Shown here: in pieces, positions 60,199 to 64,000 of the stretch
Layout: every line of letters starts with the position of its first letter
Position numbering within the stretch: position 1 is the first letter of the stretch
Virus record (IMG/VR): IMGVR_UViG_3300027736_000034
Location: 23,101 to 87,100 of that record
Reading direction: 5' to 3' (one strand)
Origin: a virus
Length of the DNA: 64,000 nt
Translations under genes and position numbers: made by a program
Notes under the pieces: generated by a model
The model's database searches: none
Told to the model about the DNA's origin: nothing
The model's input: only the letters and a program-made list of their open reading frames with translations

Positions 60199-60480
60199 TT
60201 ATTTATTAATTTTCAAGTTAGACCATTGTTTCAATTTTTCAAATTTCTGTTTCTTTGCTTTACTGATACCGTTTTGGGTTACCCCAATCTTTAAATCAAC
60301 AAGCAATTCAACCATAGCGAACAAATCGCCAATTTCTTCTTCAAGCATATTGACGTTTGTTCTATCTTTTCCTGGCTTCATTTGATCAGGTCCAAAACGA
60401 AAACATTTGCTAATTGCTTGAGTTACCTCAGCACATTCCTCTTGTAGGATTAGCAATACTTCTCTAGTTTGGTCGTTCAT
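60199..60480 (-). CDS. MazG-like NTP pyrophosphohydrolase
   Basis: EECAEV.QAISK..RFG...LEEEIGD. Confidence 0.75.
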   Translation of the reverse strand: MNDQTREVLLILQEECAEVTQAISKCFRFGPDQMKPGKDRTNVNMLEEEIGDLFAMVELLVDLKIGVTQNGISKAKKQKFEKLKQWSNLKINK

Positions 60481-60701
60481 TTGCGATTCCAAATGTCATT
60501 GTTAAGTTCAGCAACTACTTCTTCCAATGTTTCAACTACTTCCCAAGTACCATGTGGTGGACAAAAAATAAATGTAACATTTTCTGTTTCACCGGTCTCA
60601 CGGGTAATAGTTGAATTATGAATTGTAGCAATCAATTTACTATCAATTGCTAGTTTGTTTCCGCGGTGTGCGGGTGTTGCGTTTGTTAGTGTAATATACA
60701 T
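60477..60701 (-). CDS. Small protein, FlbD-like
   Basis: I.LT....G....I....I..I...V.ET.EEV pattern. Confidence 0.4.
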   Translation of the reverse strand: MYITLTNATPAHRGNKLAIDSKLIATIHNSTITRETGETENVTFIFCPPHGTWEVVETLEEVVAELNNDIWNRK

Positions 60702-60794
60702 ATTATTTCCTTTATTAATTATAACACAAAATTGATTTTTGTACAAGTAAATAAAGGGTGCAATGCACCCTTTATTGCTCATCTCATCCCGAGA

Positions 60795-61052
60795 TTAGAC
60801 TAGACCAAGAGCCATTGCTTTGTAGCCAGCAGCTACGATTTCACGGCTTGGACGACCCAAACGGTACTTGGTAGAAGTACGACCTTTGGTGTCGGTGTGC
60901 TTGTTTGCATAAACTGCATAACCAGCGAAACGCAAGTCACTAACAGTAGCGGTTGGGTTCTTTACGCCAAAACGTGCGGCGATTTGTTTTGCGGTAAGTT
61001 GCTCACCGGCTTGTAGTGCTTCTAGTACACGGGCTTGTTTAGTTAAAGTCAT
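60795..61052 (-). CDS. Winged-helix DNA-binding protein
   Basis: LT.KQIAARFGVKNP.ATVSDLR..GY. Confidence 0.7.
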   Translation of the reverse strand: MTLTKQARVLEALQAGEQLTAKQIAARFGVKNPTATVSDLRFAGYAVYANKHTDTKGRTSTKYRLGRPSREIVAAGYKAMALGLV

Positions 61053-61151
61053 TTTGTTTTCCTTATTAAATGATTCATCGTTCGCACGATGTACAACAAT
61101 TATACTATGTTTCTAACTGTCGTACAACATATATTGGGCAACTAATTGTAA

Positions 61152-61994
61152 TTAGATGTCCAAAAACTTTACTTCAAACACATCGGCTTGTGCATCATGT
61201 CCTGCATAACCACGAGGATTGCAAACCACGCGGGTTTCACCAACCATGTAGTCAAAAGGATCATGCATATGTCCATGCGTCCAAAGTTTAATTTGTGGAT
61301 GATCCAAGATTAATTCGCTCAGGTCACTTGCATAACCTCCGTTCATCAATTGATCATTACGATAGCGTTCATGTATGCTATTCAATGTAGGTGCATGATG
61401 ACCGACAACAACAACCTTACTATCTTTTCTATCAGACAATACTGTTTTCAAATAACCAACAGTTCTTTGATGGCGATGCATAGTATGAGCAGGACGTAAC
61501 TTAGTAAATCCAAGTTCATCATTGCGAATGATTCTAAAATCATTCATCATATCACCCAATGCATGAAGCGTAAGAGGGTCACCTTTGTTACAGTCAGTCC
61601 ACAATGTTGCACCAATGAATGTTACATCATCAATCACCTTAAGTTCTTGCTCAAGGAAATAGATGTTCGGAAACTTACTATATTCATCACGTAGGTACTG
61701 GATACTGGCTTTCCAATTACCATGATAGAATTCATGATTGCCTGCAATTACCACAACATGCGGGAATTGAAAACTACAACGCTTGATGAAGTCACGGAAA
61801 CGTAATGCAGTTGATTGTCTGCGACCCAAGTTAGGAATGTTTGTAGGGTCCATAGGATGCACTTCAGGATGATTGTGCAGGTCCTCGGCGACAAGAATAT
61901 CGCCGGACAAGATTAATACATCTGCATTCTCTGTGTTCTGGATGTTGATGTCCATGAATTCTAAGTGTAAATCACTACATATTGCTATTTTCAT
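61152..61994 (-). CDS. Metallophosphoesterase
   Basis: SDLHLEF, GD, GNHE, HHAP, HGHMH, NPRGY. Confidence 0.9.
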   Translation of the reverse strand: MKIAICSDLHLEFMDINIQNTENADVLILSGDILVAEDLHNHPEVHPMDPTNIPNLGRRQSTALRFRDFIKRCSFQFPHVVVIAGNHEFYHGNWKASIQYLRDEYSKFPNIYFLEQELKVIDDVTFIGATLWTDCNKGDPLTLHALGDMMNDFRIIRNDELGFTKLRPAHTMHRHQRTVGYLKTVLSDRKDSKVVVVGHHAPTLNSIHERYRNDQLMNGGYASDLSELILDHPQIKLWTHGHMHDPFDYMVGETRVVCNPRGYAGHDAQADVFEVKFLDI

Positions 61995-61996
61995 TT

Positions 61997-62827
61997 TTAA
62001 AATCCTAATACTAAACGATCCGGAGCAGTAAAACAAAAAAATCTTTTGTTAGTTGCCCGACCAATGGCACATAAATTAAGTTTTTGTGCAATATAATATC
62101 CCATTTCCGTAATGCCGCTTCGTGATATAACAATGGGTACTCCCATTTGTGCAGCCTTAATTATCATCTCGCTCGTTAATCTACCTGTCGTGTAAAACAC
62201 TTTATTATGTATTACTTCAGGATGAATAGCCATCCATCCGGCTATTGAATCTAATGCATTATGCCTTCCCACATCCTCAATAAACACACGCATACTTTCA
62301 CCTTCAAATAAAGCACAACCGTGTACCGAACCGGCACTTTTATAAACGCTATCATTTATACGTATAGTATTTACTATAGAATATAATTGACTTTGATTAA
62401 TAGTTGACTCTGGTAATTGTATATCTGCTATGTTGTCCATTAAATTTCCAAACATACTTCCTTGCCCGCACCCTGTAGTGACAATATGTTTAGCAGTTTT
62501 TTTCTTTAGATTAACGATTCCATTATAAGTTTTTACTGCGGCAGCATTTACTTCCCAATCTACAGTTATAGATTCTAACTCTAATACCGAGTTTATTAAA
62601 CGCTGATTAAGCAAATACCCTAATACTAACCATTCGGGATATGCTCCTAATGTCATTAGTGTAACAATTTCTTTTTTATCTACATAAACCGTTAACGCAC
62701 GTTCAGTGGGAATTTCTAATGATTGTTTTTCTCCAAAATTATTTATTACTTCAATAATTTTAGTTAATGAGGCTTGTGCATTAGTTAACTTTGGTAGTTG
62801 ATTACCTTCCCATTGGGATGTTTTCAT
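61997..62827 (-). CDS. fdhD: Formate dehydrogenase accessory sulfurtransferase FdhD
   Basis: TTGCGQG, GSVHGCAL, EDVGRHNALD, TTGRLTSEM..KAAQMG. Confidence 0.9.
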   Translation of the reverse strand: MKTSQWEGNQLPKLTNAQASLTKIIEVINNFGEKQSLEIPTERALTVYVDKKEIVTLMTLGAYPEWLVLGYLLNQRLINSVLELESITVDWEVNAAAVKTYNGIVNLKKKTAKHIVTTGCGQGSMFGNLMDNIADIQLPESTINQSQLYSIVNTIRINDSVYKSAGSVHGCALFEGESMRVFIEDVGRHNALDSIAGWMAIHPEVIHNKVFYTTGRLTSEMIIKAAQMGVPIVISRSGITEMGYYIAQKLNLCAIGRATNKRFFCFTAPDRLVLGF

Positions 62828-63153
62828 TTTACTAATTCTGTTAAATGTTTACATGCTCCGCGAAAAGTATATCCGGGACATGTACATGTTTTATCTAGTG
62901 TGTCAATAGAATAGACCTGACCTTTGCTACCGGACACTTTGATAACTGTAACCTTTTCTTTCACTTTGAAAGGATTAACCTTAAGTGGGGCAAACTTACG
63001 ACCACGCTTGTCAATTGTCAATGGTGTTTTGAAATAGAATGGCGTAGTAGAACCTTGCTTGATGTATGCAAGTACCTTTGCACCATCAAGCAAGTATTTA
63101 TGATTGGGCTGAATATCACCAGACCATTCTGTTGTTTCTACTACTGCTTCCAT
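62824..63153 (-). CDS. SWIM zinc-finger protein
   Basis: GSKG..Y.I....CTCPG...R..CKH. Confidence 0.75.
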   Translation of the reverse strand: MEAVVETTEWSGDIQPNHKYLLDGAKVLAYIKQGSTTPFYFKTPLTIDKRGRKFAPLKVNPFKVKEKVTVIKVSGSKGQVYSIDTLDKTCTCPGYTFRGACKHLTELVK

Positions 63154-63356
63154 TATTCTTCAACTCCGAAATGTTGTTTAATCAAATCATTAGCCTTGTA
63201 CGGTTCTGCTTTGTCAGCAATGTCAATACATTCCTTAACAATCAACTCGGCGAACTTTTCGTATAGTTTGCTCTCAAAATTCTTATACTCCATAATCATA
63301 AGTAGTTGCGTGTCTTCCACAGCCTGTTCGGCAAGTTCATGAATTCGTTCGTTCAT
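63153..63356 (-). CDS. MNERI/EKFAELIV family microprotein
   Basis: MNERIHELAEQA...EKFAELIVKEC...HFGVEE. Confidence 0.7.
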   Translation of the reverse strand: MNERIHELAEQAVEDTQLLMIMEYKNFESKLYEKFAELIVKECIDIADKAEPYKANDLIKQHFGVEE

Positions 63357-63524
63357 CTTTTGTTTTCTTAATGAATAGTTGCGTACCAGCAGGAAGATTC
63401 TTAAACATCATAGGCACAGTTCGTTCGTCAGATTGATCGGTATGGACTGTATGCCCGTCCCATAATTGTCTAACTTGGGGAAACTTTTCTGTTCCTATCA
63501 CTCCTGCTATTTCAAATTCTTCGT

Positions 63525-63746
63525 TCATTCTTCAACTCCGAAATGTTCTTTAAGATGATTGCCTTCTTCAATTGTCATATCAAATGCATCACGCAATTCA
63601 CTAATACATTCCCGCACAATCAACTCGGCGAACTTTTCGTTATACAAAACAAACCATTCAGGATCATATTTTACAAAGGATCCTGGACGATTTTCGTCTG
63701 CGTATTTTCGTGCCTGTTCAACAAGTGCTTTAATTCGTTCGTTCAT
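63525..63746 (-). CDS. MNERI/EKFAELIV family microprotein
   Basis: MNERIKALVEQA...EKFAELIVREC...HFGVEE. Confidence 0.7.
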   Translation of the reverse strand: MNERIKALVEQARKYADENRPGSFVKYDPEWFVLYNEKFAELIVRECISELRDAFDMTIEEGNHLKEHFGVEE

Positions 63747-63866
63747 TTTTTTCTTCCTTGAAGGGCGCGGGCTGTACAGGCTGTGCGTTCTTACGCTCAC
63801 GCTTTAATTTTTTAACTAGCCTATTAAACCCGCGCTTTTCTGATAATGGTTTCTATGCTTTAGTCA

Positions 63867-64000
63867 TCACTTCTTTCCAATCTTAGAAACAACTTCTACC
63901 TTGCTTACTTGTAATTGATAAAGAAACCTACGATACACTCGCAATGCGGCAATACTCATTGGATCTTCTTTACCTTCAAGTTCAGCAATCTTAGATTCTA
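63867..64000 (-). CDS. 3' part of a duplicate of gene 22479-22685
   Basis: 127-nt identity in inverted orientation. Confidence 0.8.
   Translation of the reverse strand, partial: ESKIAELEGKEDPMSIAALRVYRRFLYQLQVSKVEVVSKIGKK

Overview
AT-rich 64-kb segment of a large, T4-like or jumbo tailed phage. The host is probably a proteobacterium, possibly Burkholderiales, judged from the host-like IF-1, RpoZ, ErpA, FdhD and PbpG genes. Positions 1-12.8 kb are an RNA-dense array: 27 CCA-ending tRNAs, a minimal RNase P RNA and about ten unassigned structured RNAs, interleaved with 2OG-Fe(II) oxygenase and HNH genes. 12.8-17.6 kb is an enzyme cluster. 17.6-19.5 kb holds rpoZ and a Ro60/TROVE-like vWA protein preceded by two copies of a small-RNA motif that recurs twice in the tRNA array. 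19.6-31 kb is a run of small early genes separated by near-identical sigma70 promoters. 31-49.7 kb (minus strand) encodes glycosyl/methyltransferases, a protease, collagen-like fibres, putative internal head proteins and host-like genes. 49.8-57.5 kb encodes membrane and virion proteins, and 57.5-64 kb (minus strand) metabolic and small genes. The best candidate for an undescribed system is the Ro60-like protein with four Y-RNA-like RNAs (AGG-stem...CAGCAA...CCUGUU). Their variable cargo includes a circularly permuted tRNA body and a tRNA-Lys(UUU) anticodon stem-loop mimic. All calls come from manual reading; no database searches or folding programs were run.
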